From the human T2T-CHM13v2.0 reference genome, Homo sapiens, in NCBI RefSeq assembly GCF_009914755.1, contig NC_060935.1: a stretch of DNA of 64,000 bases, one strand, 5' to 3'. Shown in pieces: positions 1 to 15,152 of this stretch (positions within the stretch are counted from its first letter, which is position 1; each line of letters opens with the position of its first letter). A program made the translations under genes and the position numbers. Under the pieces are notes generated by a model. It had not been told where the DNA came from. It ran no database searches and saw only the letters and a list, made by a program, of their open reading frames with translations.

Positions 1-339
1 CAAAACAAAACCAAAACAAGGTTCAGAAAGGCTGAATGACATATCCAGAGAAAGTGAATGGCTGAATCAAGATAACAGCCTGAGTTGCCTTACTCCTTGT
101 TCACTCAGCATTCATTCAGAAAATAGTTACGTAACATGGCTAGGGGCAAGATATTTTGCTTGGTGATGGGGGACTACTGTAATAAGACAGACCTGGTTAC
201 TGCACTCCAAGGCATTTAGGATGTAGTGGAGCTGAAGATTTGGTTCCCTGAATGCTGTCTTAGCATACATTGTTTACTGATGCTCAAAAAAAATTGGAAG
301 TACAGCACAGCAACGTAGCTTTCCAAATTGATTCAGTCA

Positions 340-1269
<930 letters not shown>

Positions 1270-2469
1270 TGGTCAACTATTTCTTAAAAACATTTTTTAC
1301 GTTGTTATTTTTTGTCTTGTGTCTGGAAGTTCCAAACTCTAAAGTCCTTAAAGGTCTGAATCTTGTTTGTTTTTTCTACTCTTTTTAACTTCACTTTTCT
1401 GGTGTGTTCATGGTCTTAGATCATGAGCTCCACTTGCTTCATCTTAATCGGTGCTAATCCTGAGAGACTGCTTTAGGGATACTTTTCTCCAACAAGGATT
1501 TACAATTGCTTCTGCCTGAGCTGGGATCATTGCCATCCATCCTCCCTCCCTAGAAGGGACCAATGCTAGCCTCCTTTTGTGTTGGAGGTGAGTGCCTCAG
1601 GTTCAGCCACCTCACCTCGTTCTGTTCCAAGGCTTGATCTCTTCATCAACTGTCAATATGGCGTTTGTTTTCCAGGCCACTTCGCCATTCGTATTTGCTT
1701 ACCTTCAGTATTTTCACCTCTGGTTTCAGCTCATGGTTTTGTTTTAGTTTGCTGAGGTGTGGGGTAGGGGAATAGTCCCTTGGGATTTCCCTGACATCTT
1801 GCAGTTTCACACTGCATTAAAAAGTAGGTTTAATCCTGGACCTCGTCGTTATTGAGTGGGTTGGCCCTTATGAAGATGTAGTCTGCCATCATGCTGGAGG
1901 GAGAAGACTTCATTATTCAGTTGAAAGAATCCTGTTTGTGGATCCCCTGTGCTGCTGTTTTTTGTCCTGATGCCTTCAGGTTTAAAATCCTGTCATCCTC
2001 CTCCTTGAGAGATCTGATGGGCAGAATACCTGAAGAAAGAAACGGATGAGAACCGCAAGTAAAGCTTTGTCTTCACAGAGAGCATTTCTAGATTTTCTCT
2101 TGCTAAAGGAGGTTGTGGCCTGGCTCTTTCTAATCCTGTCTGTCTCTGTCTGTTTTGCTTTTATCCCCTCACATGTTGATAAAAGTCTTCACTTTTCTGG
2201 TGACAGTTCTAGTCTTTTATCTTTGAATAGTGCTTTATAGATTGCAAAAGACATACACACACACACACACAGACTTACCTGATCTTCTCAGCAGCCCTCT
2301 GAGCAAGCATTGTTGTCCCCATTTCAGAAGAGGTCCAGAAAGGTCACCTGAGTTGCTGAAGGACCTAAAGTTTGCTCATCAGGACCTTCACACATACCTC
2401 CTCACTCCAAATCCATTGCTTTTCTCCACTAAACCTGCTCTCCCTTGAGAGAAAGTAAAACACAATCAA

Positions 2470-2900
2470 TGATTCATCCATTTAATCATCTAATATTTAT
2501 TGATCACCTGTTATATACCAGGCACTGTTCCAGGTATAAGGATATCTCTGACAACAAAGCCCTTGCCCTTATTACACTCTAGTTGGTGGCAGATCGTAAA
2601 TAAACAAGCAACCATATAAAGTCAGAGAGTGATCGTTGCCATGATGAAAAATAGATAAATGGGGCTCTAGGGGAGTCTGGGGCTGGATGAATGAAATGAA
2701 GCGTGAAGCCCTGGGAAGAATGGTGAGGAAAGCACCCAGGTGGAAGAAAAGCCCAAGGTGAGACAGAACTTGGCGTGTTCTGAGAATGGTTGGAGGGCCC
2801 TGTAAGTACAGTGGCCCCAGCGAGAGTGGTGGGAGGTGCAGTAGAAGAGATGGCTGGAAACATGTGAGGGAAGATCTTAGAAAAAAGTCTGAGTAAGGAG
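2470..2900. mobile_element. L2 fragment
   Basis: attcatccatt...atatttattga...caggcactgttc L2 terminal motif. Confidence 0.55.
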
Positions 2901-3009
2901 GCAGAGTCTGACCCTTGGAAGTTTGCTTCCTCCTCAAACAAGAGGAACCTGTGTGCTGATCGACCCTGGGTGTTAACAACTCTCCCTGTATTGCTTGTCT
3001 CTTTCACAG

Positions 3010-3107
3010 GCTTACAGGTTTTCCCAGCTTCCTGAGATGGTCATGGGCTCACCGCCTCCACCCGTACCTCCCCGGACTGGTCCTGTGGCTGTCGCTTCTC
3101 TCAGGCG
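3010..3107 (+). CDS. KIAA1549L: KIAA1549L internal coding exon (AYRFSQLPEMVMGSPPPPVPPRTGPVAVASLR-R), phase 0 to 2
   Basis: Pyrimidine tract + cacag acceptor at 3009, donor CG|gtaac at 3108; joins in frame to the exon at 5748. Confidence 0.88.
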
Positions 3108-4475
3108 GTAACACGTTCCTTTCTTTGTTTTGTTTGGAATATTTGGAAAAGGGTCAGTCCTATGTACCCTGACCTGACAACAGCACCGGCAAATTTCCTT
3201 CATGCTCCACCCCATCCAGGGTGTGTCACCTGTACAGACAACCATGCGCCTGTGGCATCCCAAGTACCATGAATGAACAGATCACGGTGCTTTTGTGCTT
3301 TTTAACCAGAAAGTTCTTGAGAATCCACAGTTGAAGAAGCCCAAGGTCAACTGCCCCATACCTGGAAAGCCTCAGACCGTGACCTTGAACATCTAAAAAT
3401 GACTCCAGCTCAGGCTACCACAACAGCTGCTACCAAAAGTCCCTTGGTTATTTAAGGGTGGTGTCTGAGAAGCCAGGGAGGGGCAGGCATGTCTGGGCAT
3501 CCACCCCAACTCTTGACTTCCAAGAGGGAGAGATTGAAAATGTATGAAGTCAGATATCTCAATTGCAACACATATGTTAAGCATGTTCTTTGCTTTAGGA
3601 AAATCTAACGAGTGCATGTTTTTAATAAGGATGGACAAGAAGAACAAAATCCCTGAGCACTGGGAAAGGCTAGAACTGTGCCCTGGGGTACATGTGGACC
3701 ACTGCCCTGGCCTTCCTACTCCAGCTTCCCCCAACATACAAATCACATCCTATCTGTGAACCATGGGTCTGGGCTTTGTGAATGGGGAAGAAAAATAGGA
3801 GTTTCCCTCGGAATAGGAGGGACCCCGCTCTCATTGCCAGTGGTTTAGAATGCGGAGGGGCGTAGACGTCACTTCTTGCCACCAGCCGAGCCTGGGTGGA
3901 AAGCAGCAGACCCTGACCTGCTGTGCAGCCCCAGCAGTTGGCCTTGCCCCTCCAGCCCCTGTTTCTCTATCTGTAACGTGAGCACAGGGGCCTAGATGAT
4001 CTCAAAAGCTCCAGGGTTCCCCAGAAAGGGGTCTCAGAATTGCTTATCGAGCATAACTCAGAAATTTTCCCAGGAAGGGTTTTCTGAACAAGTAGCAGAT
4101 GCCTGGAACAGTGTGTGGGAAGCCAGGGCTGTGGGAACAAGCAAGCAGAGAGGGAGGGAAGGGAGACCCCACCCTGATGAACGGTCACATCATACAGCCT
4201 CCACATTGGACCTTCCTAGGAGAGTAGCAACGGGCTTCTTGGTTACTCCTGAGAGTCCTGGATTGGAGGGGCCTCATACCAGCAATTTGTGGGAGGTTTG
4301 CTGAAGGCCAGCATCAATTTCTTATTTCTTCTTTCAACCACCTGTCTCCTCCCAGGCCCCTCCACGCCATTTGCTATCTTGCCACATAACGGGGGTGGGG
4401 GGTGCACTGCCCTTCATATAAACTCAGGATTAGACCAGGAAGGAACCTTTGAGATGAGTTTGTCTACCCCTGTCA

Positions 4476-5088
<613 letters not shown>

Positions 5089-5747
5089 CTACAGAGCCTA
5101 GGCTGCCCTCTTCTTACACGGCTTTCTGAGCACTAAGTGGAAATAGGATGTGTTAAATGGGCTTGATTCTCTGATTGCCCGGGGAACAAAAAAAAGTTCT
5201 GTTAGAATGTCCACTGCTCCCTGGGGCAGCCCGAGCTTCCAAGTCTTGGGCTTGGTGCTTCCTGCCAGTTAGGAATAGGGAATGTGGCTCCCCAGCTGTC
5301 CCGGGTCCCCTTTCTGGTGTCGGTGAGAAGGGAGCAACCAGGCACTCCAGAGAGAGCCTTCCCACTGGCTGCTGATGATGTCATCACCCCCTGGGTCGAC
5401 CATCCCCAGCTAATACCCAAGGCTAATTGCTTTTCTTATTTTATGTGGAAATTAAATGTTCTACCACCCAGAGACATGAGAGCCACCCTTAGGGGAGAAC
5501 TGACCTTGAACGTCTAAAAATGATTTCAGCTGAGGCCACCATGACAGCTGCTACAAGTCTGGGTGCCTCCTGCCCTGCTGGTGTTCCTAGAAGTCCGTTT
5601 GTTATCTGGGAATAAATCCAGTCCTGGGGACCTCATGAGGCTTGGAGGCAGCTGTCCATGCCCAAAGGTGACGGGGCGCACTCCTCCTGCTCGGGACGCC
5701 ACCTGAGGTCTGGGTCAGTGCTAACGCAGTCCCTCTGCCCCATCTAG

Positions 5748-5896
5748 ATCCACCTCAGACATCGGCAGCAAGACCAGAATGGCCGAGTCTACAGGGCCCG
5801 AGCCGGCCCAGCTGCACGACAGTGCCTCCTTCACGCAGATGTCCAGAGGCCCTGTGTCCGTGACGCAGTTGGATCAGTCGGCTTTAAATTACTCAG
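5748..5896 (+). CDS. KIAA1549L: KIAA1549L coding exon (STSDIGSKTRMAESTGPEPAQLHDSASFTQMSRGPVSVTQLDQSALNYS-G), phase 2 to 1
   Basis: Branch point ctaac at 5721, ctag acceptor, donor CAG|gtgggc; frame continuous with both neighbouring exons. Confidence 0.9.
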
Positions 5897-7294
5897 GTGG
5901 GCAAGAGAAAAGCCCGAGTGTGCCCCCCACCACTGCTGCTGTGCCCTGTCCTCCCTCAAATCCCCAGTTCCAATCTCCTTTCTACCTACCACCCTCAGGA
6001 ATCACAGCCACTGCATTTCTGGATCCCCTCATAACTTCAGGAGCCCCAACTAAAAGAGCTGCTGGTTTTCTTTCTTTTAAAGATCTGAAATTGGGCAAAA
6101 TCCCAAGTTATGCTAAAGTCAGCATGTATGTTAACATTTTGCCAGACTTCAGTTCAATTTTTCTGGTTTTGTCTTTAAAGCATTCCAGATACAGCCATCC
6201 ACCCCCATTTCATTCCCCTTCTCTCAAAAGGTGATCCCGGGCCTCAGGTGATAGGTTTTAATCCTTTGCCACATATGTATGTTTATATAACAGTATATAT
6301 TAATGTTTAATGTATTTGAAATTTACATAAATGATATCATGGCATACATTTCCTTTTGTACTTTCTCTATTTAACAGTGTTTTAAAAAATTTCTCCAGAT
6401 TGCTATACACATACTATATAGATCTAGTTCATTCATTTAAACTGCCATGTGGTATTCTATGATAAGCCACAGTTTATACTTTTCCCTATTGATGGACATA
6501 ATGGTAGTTTCCAGTTTTTTGCTATAACAAACAATGCTGAAATGAACATTGAGGTTTGTACATGACGTAATTGGTTTCTTAGTTTATCCAAACCATACCT
6601 TTTAGGCTAAAACTGCAAGCACTCAGTTGCCAGCACTTAGTAAAGCATTCATGGTGTCTAGAAATTCCACCAGTGAAGTCCATTTCTTTTGGTTCTTTTT
6701 CTTGGGGCTTTAAAAATACACATTCTCCTGGGAGGAAAACACCTGACCACCAAGGTGTTATTTCCTCTTGCTGGCAGGTCAGGGGTGTTGGGATGGGGAT
6801 GGGGGAGTTGGACCACCACTTCTGTAGAAAGCCAGGTCTGAGTCCCAGCAGATGATGCCCTTTCATTCTGACTGCGAGGGTGAGTGGGGCTGCATGGCAG
6901 GTGGAGGTCTGCTGCTCCCCCAACCCCTGGAGACCTTTGTCCTCTCATCCCCTAGCCACGGCCAATCCCAGAGTCCTCCTCTGCTTCCCTAGATTCCCCA
7001 GGCCTGGGCAGATGCAGGCCTAGTGGGCGGGGTGCTGGCTGGGCCCACAACTCCCTCTTTAGGGGATGAGAAGAAGGGAAAATTCCAGAGCACTACTAGT
7101 GCATGCTGCATTTGGTGAAGTTGGAAAAAGACTTTCCTTCCCCAGGTGAGTACAGACTCCACCCCTGGCAAAGGGAATACTGTCTGGACTTTAGGCCCAC
7201 TTGGCCTCTAGGCCAGATGCTCTTGAGCAGTGCACCATCTGCCCAGCTGTGCACAGTGGCTCTAGAAGAGGTCCACAAAGAAAGAAGACCAGGT

Positions 7295-7575
7295 GGCCTG
7301 GCGCGGTGGCTCATGTCTGTAATCCCAACACTTTGGGAGGCCGAGGCAGGCGGATCACAAGGTCAGGAGTTCGAGACCACGGTGAAACCCCATCTCTACT
7401 AAAAATACAAAAAATTAGCCAGGCACGGTGGCAGGCGCTTGTAGTTCCAGCTACTCAGGAGGCTGACGCAGGAGAGTGGCGTGAACCCAGGAGGAGGAGT
7501 TTGCAGTGAGCCAAGATCGCGACACTGCACTCCAGCCTGGGTGACAGAGCGAGACTCCGTCTCAAAAAAAAAAAG
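7295..7575 (+). mobile_element. AluSc/Y-like with ~12 nt internal deletion
   Basis: Alu consensus; perfect 18 bp TSD aaagaaagaagaccaggt (7277, 7576). Confidence 0.95.
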
Positions 7576-7864
7576 AAAGAAAGAAGACCAGGTTTCCTCC
7601 ATCGCATCCCACCTGCCTCTGTTGCTACATCACCTGGGATCTTAGCCATCATGGCCAGGTCCACTGCACCTTAAATGAAACTAAATTCCCCAGCAAATGT
7701 TACAGCCCAGAGCAAGCTCCCCTCAGCTCAGACCTGATTTAATGAGACTTCAAATCCAGCAGCCAGCCAGGGAGCCAATGAAACTGACTTTATTTGGCTC
7801 TTGGGTGGCTGGATCCCTCAGACCAGCCTCTCTTAACCTCCCTCCTCCATTTCCTCCATGCCAG

Positions 7865-8016
7865 GTAATACGGTGCCAGCAGTGTTCGCCATCCCAGCTG
7901 CCAACAGACCTGGCTTCACCGGCTACTTCATCCCAACGCCTCCCTCATCCTATAGGAACCAGGCCTGGATGTCCTATGCAGGAGAGAATGAGCTCCCGAG
8001 CCAGTGGGCAGATTCG
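7865..8016 (+). CDS. KIAA1549L: KIAA1549L penultimate coding exon (NTVPAVFAIPAANRPGFTGYFIPTPPSSYRNQAWMSYAGENELPSQWADS), phase 1 to 0
   Basis: Pyrimidine-rich acceptor ccag, donor TCG|gtgaga; in frame with ORF 7858-8043. Confidence 0.9.
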
Positions 8017-8284
8017 GTGAGACCCTTGCTCTTCACCTCATAAAACTTTACCTGCTTAACACATGCCAAAAAGTAAATTAGATAAAAGGTTGAGACTGAA
8101 GGTTTTGTTATCTCAGCCTCCTCACAGTACCCGGATGACTAAAGTCAGCCATTTTAAAGGAGACAGATGGTGTGGTGAGAGGGGATGTCCCCTTGACAGA
8201 GGACCTTGAGACCTGCCTTCTAGTCCAGCTCCCACCTCTTCCTAGCAGGACGACCTTAATCAAGTACATTTTTATAATAATAAC

Positions 8285-8961
<677 letters not shown>

Positions 8962-11489
8962 TTAATTTCCAAAACATTTAAAAATATATGCAGCTTGGCA
9001 TAAAAATATTTCTGAAATGAATGCTATCTTCCCTCTCCTCCGTTAAAAGAGTATACAATGTAATTTGCCTTTTATGAATGATTCAGTATCCTTATGATGC
9101 CTCATTATACTAAAATGGCATTTGTAGGATGAACTCTCATGGCTTGTAGGATTATTGACCTTATATTGTGAAATATCTCCAAACTACTATAATTTTTGGA
9201 GTTACTATCATGGCCCAGTATATTTTTTTTCTGACTTTGCTTCTAGTGGCCACTCAATATTGCTGTTAATGTCCCCACATCTAGTAATATGCCCACCCTT
9301 AAGTGTGCTTTGCATCATGTGCCATTATCTGCAAATGAGGCTTATCTGTGCTCATTAGAATTGTTTGTAAACTTGGAGTAAATAAGCTCTAAGAGAGGAA
9401 CTAGAGGGATCCCCTGCTGTTCAGTCTGTGAATCTGAATGTGGGACTTTACGGCATCTGTTTGTATTGTTTGGGGGCCTTTTTTGTGTCCTTTGTCATTC
9501 TCTGCTATTCCACATGGCTGATACCACTGGATATGATTTGAGCAATTCAGAGGTTATTGATTTTGTAATTCCACTTCATCTGAAAGTTATGCAGACTTTT
9601 CAGAAAGTAGATGATGTTTAACTTGAACTACTTAGGCAGTAATTCCCTTACGCCTGCAGCTTTGACACTTCACCTGTTGTGTGGAGTGTAACCCTGGGCA
9701 CCAACTGGAGTTGGTGAAAGTATTTTCCAAAACCTTGACCCCTGTGTTCAAGACACTTAAAATGATAATTTAGCCAGGCTTATAACTACATCTAGATGCC
9801 TTTGGGCTCATAATTGCCTTAAAGATGAAGAGAAAGGAACCAAGCAAATGGAAACGTAACCTTCCTGCCATGATGACTGTACTGGACCCTTCTGGGCTCA
9901 TCTCCCAGTGTGAAGGAGAACCAATGTCCTATTAGTTGTTTTAAATTAAGAGGAAGATGATTGCTGCAGCCTAATTGGGCCTTTCCTGGAGCCCAACTAT
10001 CACCTGCAATTAAGCAGGGAGGCGTGCCCATGAAAGGAGCAAGGTGAAACGGGTGATTTATAGCATATGAAAATAAGTGCAGGAGGCTCAGAGAGACCAG
10101 TTGTCAGCTTGAAAAGGGTCCAGGAATAATGCACACCTTCCACATCTATGTGAGAAAGCAAAGTCCCTCACCAGCATTTGGATGTCTGACCTTCCTGATC
10201 CCAGCAGCTAGCTTGGATAAAATCACCTGGACCTGGGATAACAAATAGGTTTCATCCTTGGTGCCAGATGGAGAAGGATTGGGAGGGGCTTCCAGGCTCA
10301 GCAGGAAACTGTGCTGTGATAAAGTTGGTGATGTCTGCCATGGGCACTGGCTAGGGAAGTAGTAGTATTTGCCAGCCCTGAATTTTGGCAGGAAGGGCAT
10401 GATGGCTCCAGCCTGCATCTACTATAAGGGAGGAAGAGTTTCTCATGTCATCTTCCCTGCTTCTGCCCTGCTGCTGAATATTGCCCTGAGGATACTCCAG
10501 TGGGATCAGGTATCCCTTGCCTGTCCCAGCCACCAGCACCAACAAGCTTGATACCATAGAGCTGAGGGGTCTCAGGAGTTGGACATTGGCTCTCTCAGCC
10601 ACAGCAAGTACAGTTAGCTGAATTTGAAATGCAGGGAAAGGGAATGTGGTAGCTTCCTTCTCAAAAATTTGACCCCAGCCAATCATTCTTCAGTGATTTT
10701 CAGACTGTGCTCCTCAGAACCCCAGGTTCTGAGAGACTCCCTGCTCTTGCTCTGCACAATTCTGAGCACTGGTGTACAGCAATAAGCAAGTGAGGCACTC
10801 TCCACCTTCATGGAGTTGACAGCCTGAGACAGGCAATGGCATCAGGAGCAATAACTGTTACGCTGGAGAAAGTGCAAGGAAACATTTAACAGGGACCCCT
10901 AGGCAATTGTTGGGCTGGGAAAGGTCTCCTGAAAGAAAGGAAATTTGAGCTGAGATCTGAAATACGTACCCCATGTCCTGGTCTTGGTTCTTTGGTGAGC
11001 CCAATAACCTGTACCTTCCCAGCTCATGTGGCCCAAGGACTCAGACAGCCCAACTCTGGTTTTCCTCTAAGATACAAATGAAACATATCAGTGCTTGTAT
11101 ATAAAGACCCACTCTTAGTGCCATTTTGTCTATCTTTGCTGGGTCTTGTGGGGAAATCAAAGTCCCAACTTGTAACTTGGGACATCTGTTCTGTTACTTC
11201 TTTCCTGGCTTGGGTCCTCATCAGTTCTCATCCGACCCATTGAGAAAGCCTTAGAACTTGTCTGCTCCCTACCTCCAGTGGGTCCACCTCCAGGTGTCCT
11301 TTCCAAATATAGACTCCCCCTCTGCCTGACACCCATCCGTGGCTCCCAGCCCAGGCGTCAGCCGCACATCTCAGGAACCTGCCTTCTCAGGAGGGATCAC
11401 CGGAACATCCAGCAGGGAGGAGAGGGGGCTGCTTTCCTACCACACATCCCCCATCTAGAGTTTCTGAGTCATCACCCCATCCAATTGGT

Positions 11490-11845
11490 GATGTCCCACT
11501 CGATTCATATGTTCAAATCCTAACCCCCAAGGTGATGGTATTAGGACATGGGACCTTTGGGAGGTGATTAGGTCATGAGGGCGAACCCCCTAATGAATGG
11601 GATTAGTGCCCTTAGAAAAGAGGCGTGAGAGAGACCCCTGACCTTTCCTGCCATGTGAGAGGATAGTGAAAAGAAAGACAGCTGTCTCTGAACCAGAAAG
11701 TGGGCCCTCACCAGATAGATACAGAATCTGCCGGCACTTTGATCTCGGACTTTGCAGCCTCTAGAACTGTGAGAAAGAAATTTCTGTTGTTTATAAGCTC
11801 CCCAGCTTATGGTATTTCAGCATAGCAGCCAGAACAGACTAGGAC
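11490..11845 (+). mobile_element. MLT1A-type MaLR LTR
   Basis: aaatcctaacccccaaggtgatggtattag...catagcagccagaacagactaggac. Confidence 0.8.
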
Positions 11846-12094
11846 TTCCTGCTCCATCCTCCCTTAGGAGCCAGATGAGCATTGCTGTTAAGCATGGGAA
11901 CAGGCTGTATTTCTCAGAAGTGTGACATTGAAAACGGGTAGATCAAACGGGACATGCAGACTCTGTAGCCTGATATTCAGCAGCTTATGAATCCAGTCCT
12001 GTCTGTCTTGCCTGAGCTCCTCCCACACTAAACACACCCTCTCTGGTCAGCCTGAAGTCACTGATGCTTCCTGGGGACACTCTTCTTTTTGTAC

Positions 12095-13351
12095 TGTTAT
12101 GGGATCTTTGGGGTATCAGTTTTCTTCCTGGAAACCTCTGTGGCCGGTGGTGCTTTTGCCCGAGTTCTTGTCCTGGGTCCAGGAAGAATAAGGTATGCAG
12201 ACACATGAAAGGTGAAGAAGGTGAAAAGGAGGTTTATTTAGTGTTAGAACAGCTCAGAGGAGACCCACAGTGGGTAGCTTCTCTCTGTAGGCAGGTCATC
12301 CCATGGAGTGTTCAGCTTTCAGCAAAGAGGTGGCCCTGGGGAGGGTGGCTCCTCTCTGCCCACTGCTCATTCCACTGTCTGCTGCTCTCAGCAGAGAGGA
12401 GGCCCTGGAGAGCGTGGCTCCTCTCCGCAGCAACTTGTTCAGACATCTCTGCATGTCTCTGAAGCTCTCAGCAGGGAGGGTAGTTCCTCTCTGCTGCTGG
12501 TTGTCCCATAGTCTCTCTCTCTTCTGCCCTGCTCTGACTGAGCCCCAGGGCTTTTATGGACCTCAGAGGGGAGGAAGTGTGTGCTGATTGGTCCATGGGT
12601 GGGACCAGAAGAGGTACCACGAGTCCCCACTCCAGCCTGAGGACTGGCAGGTGGCCCCCAACCTTCAGGCCCCCCCTGGCCTTCTGAAGGTAGGGCCTTG
12701 TGGGAGACCCGCCCTCTTCCACCCAGGAGTCTGTCTGTCCGCCCCACCCCTTGCCATTCATGGCCCTGGGGGCTTGTCCCCAACCCCACTCAGAAATCAG
12801 AGCCCCTACAGGGGGAAGAGAGAGGCCAGGCAGCAGAAGCAGACACCCCCAAGCCAGCAGGGAGGGGGGCACCTTCCCAAGATGCTGAGGATGCAGGCTG
12901 ATGCCCAGTCTTGTGCCTGGGAGGGTGGCTGCAGCTGCACCCAGGGAGCTCCAGACCTGCCAACTCTGAAGGGGTGGAGTTCCAACTTGTCTCTGGCTCC
13001 TGCCTGCTCCGTGGAGGGGGAAGGCCAGGTCTGCAGCTATGGGTGGGGTGGTTGTAGCAGTACCCAGGGCAGATCCTGCCTGCTTCTGGCCCCCTCCAAA
13101 TCCACAGGGAGGCTCGAATCCACAGCACAATTTGGGTGGCTGTAGCCCCACCCAGGAGGGCAGGGCTCCTGCCTGCTCCATAGAGCAGGAGGCCTGGGTC
13201 TGCAGTCATGGTTTGGGTGGCTGCAGCAGCATCCAGGGGAGCTCCTGCTCCAACTCAGAAGGGGCAGGGCTCCCACTGGCTCTATGGAGTGTGCAGCCCT
13301 AGCCACGCATCCCTGCTGCAGCCAGTATGATGGCAGCAGCCTCTGCCATCA
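12095..13351 (-). mobile_element. MER52-type ERV1 solo LTR
   Basis: TG...CA termini, exact 4 bp TSD GTAC (12091, 13352), GC-rich internal repeats, minus-strand AATAAA at 12233. Confidence 0.8.
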
Positions 13352-14048
13352 GTACGCCCATACATTTTGATTTGATGATTTACATTTGATTTTCCCTTTG
13401 CCCAGAATCCCCCTCCCACTGCATCTTCCTGGAGGGACCCTGTTCAACTTCCAAACTCATCTAAGCTGCCGAGTCCTCCCACACATACTTCATTCGCCAT
13501 AGCACCCTGTGCCTCTGTTGTCTGTGGGTGCTTATTCTATAGTGTTCCAATTAACATCATGGGGTATGTGGACTATCCTGAAACAGCATCCCTGTATGTG
13601 CCACTGTTTCTGTGGGAGAATCGACTCTAAATTCAAAATTACTTACTTGTCCTTATTCCTAGAAGTTTACATATTTTAAGCATAGGACTCTGTGTCTTCC
13701 ACTTTTGATGAAGAGAGAAAAATGTTTCAAGAAACTAAAATCATATCCCAGATCCAAGACGTTGTAATGCAGTGATTAATTCCAGCCCTTAAAGCAGACA
13801 GACCTCTGCAAAGAGTGTCTTGGTAGCTTGTCGCCTTAGACCGTGGCACTCTTCAGTTTCCTCATCTGCAAGGTAAGGCTAATACCGACCTCCTAGCTTA
13901 TTGCTTTGAGAACTAAATGAGATAATGTGTGGAAAACCCTTAGCAAAGGGCTCAGTCGATGTTGTTATTAATCAACCCCTGGGTTCCTCTGGGGTACATA
14001 AACAGTTCTGTTTGCTGGATTGTACTTATATGAATAAGGTAACTAAGT

Positions 14049-14220
14049 GCTGGGCATGGTGGTACCCACCTGTAGTCCCAGCTACTCAGGAGGCTGAGGC
14101 AGGAGAATCACTCGAGCCCCAGAGTTCAAGACTGCAGTGAGCTATGATTGTACCACTGCACTACAGCCTGGATGACAGAGTGAGACATCATCACTAAAAA
14201 TAATAATAGTAATAAAAATA
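14049..14220 (+). mobile_element. Alu right monomer (FRAM/AluJ)
   Basis: Single Alu arm with A-rich tail. Confidence 0.85.
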
Positions 14221-14252
14221 AGGTAGCCAGGTAGATTCAAATATAGACTCAG

Positions 14253-14336
14253 ATATATATTCCTAAGGTTTTTCAGCAAAATATATCTTCCTAAGGTTTT
14301 TCAGCAAAATATATATTCCTAAGGTTTTTCAGCAAA
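14253..14336. repeat. Minisatellite, 3 x 28 bp (atatatattcctaaggtttttcagcaaa)
   Basis: Three copies, one mismatch in total. Confidence 0.95.
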
Positions 14337-14355
14337 GTTTAAAACGCCTATTTAA

Positions 14356-14682
<327 letters not shown>

Positions 14683-14870
14683 AAATTACCTATTTTCTAA
14701 ACAAACTGACTCTGAGTTTTATATCTATACAATGGTATGTGGCTTCCATTTTCTTCTAAGTTCTCTTCCATGTCCTCAGCCCCCTCCTGCTTCCAGTGTC
14801 AAGTGTGTCCTGTGACTTGAGCTCCTTCCTCATGCCAGGCCCTGTCCTTCTCTCCCCACGCCCTCTGCAG

Positions 14871-15152
14871 GTGCCCCTCCCAGGGTACATCGAGGCCTAC
14901 CCCCGATCACGGTACCCCCAGAGCTCTCCCTCCAGGCTTCCTCGTCAGTACAGCCAGCCAGCCAACCTGCACCCCAGCCTGGAGCAGGCCCCGGCGCCCT
15001 CCACAGCGGCCTCGCAGCAGAGCCTGGCAGAAAACGACCCGTCTGACGCTCCCCTGACCAACATCTCCACTGCGGCCCTTGTGAAGGCCATCCGGGAGGA
15101 GGTGGCCAAGCTGGCCAAAAAACAGACAGACATGTTTGAGTTCCAGGTCTAA
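14871..15152 (+). CDS. KIAA1549L: KIAA1549L last coding exon (VPLPGYIEAYPRS...TAALVKAIREEVAKLAKKQTDMFEFQV*)
   Basis: Strong acceptor ccctctgcag; TAA at 15150-15152; C-terminal helix typical of the KIAA1549/UPF0606 family. Confidence 0.92.
   Translation: MPLPGYIEAYPRSRYPQSSPSRLPRQYSQPANLHPSLEQAPAPSTAASQQSLAENDPSDAPLTNISTAALVKAIREEVAKLAKKQTDMFEFQV

Noticed and set aside
5897-6234. ORF extension beyond the KIAA1549L exon donor
   Set aside because: Open frame running into intron and old L1 sequence; no evidence of a terminal exon
12439-13306. Long overlapping ORFs (up to 237 aa) on both strands
   Set aside because: Inside a GC-rich MER52 LTR where stop codons are depleted
14253-14336. 28 bp repeats as a CRISPR-like array
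   Set aside because: Head-to-tail tandem with no spacers, in a eukaryotic intron
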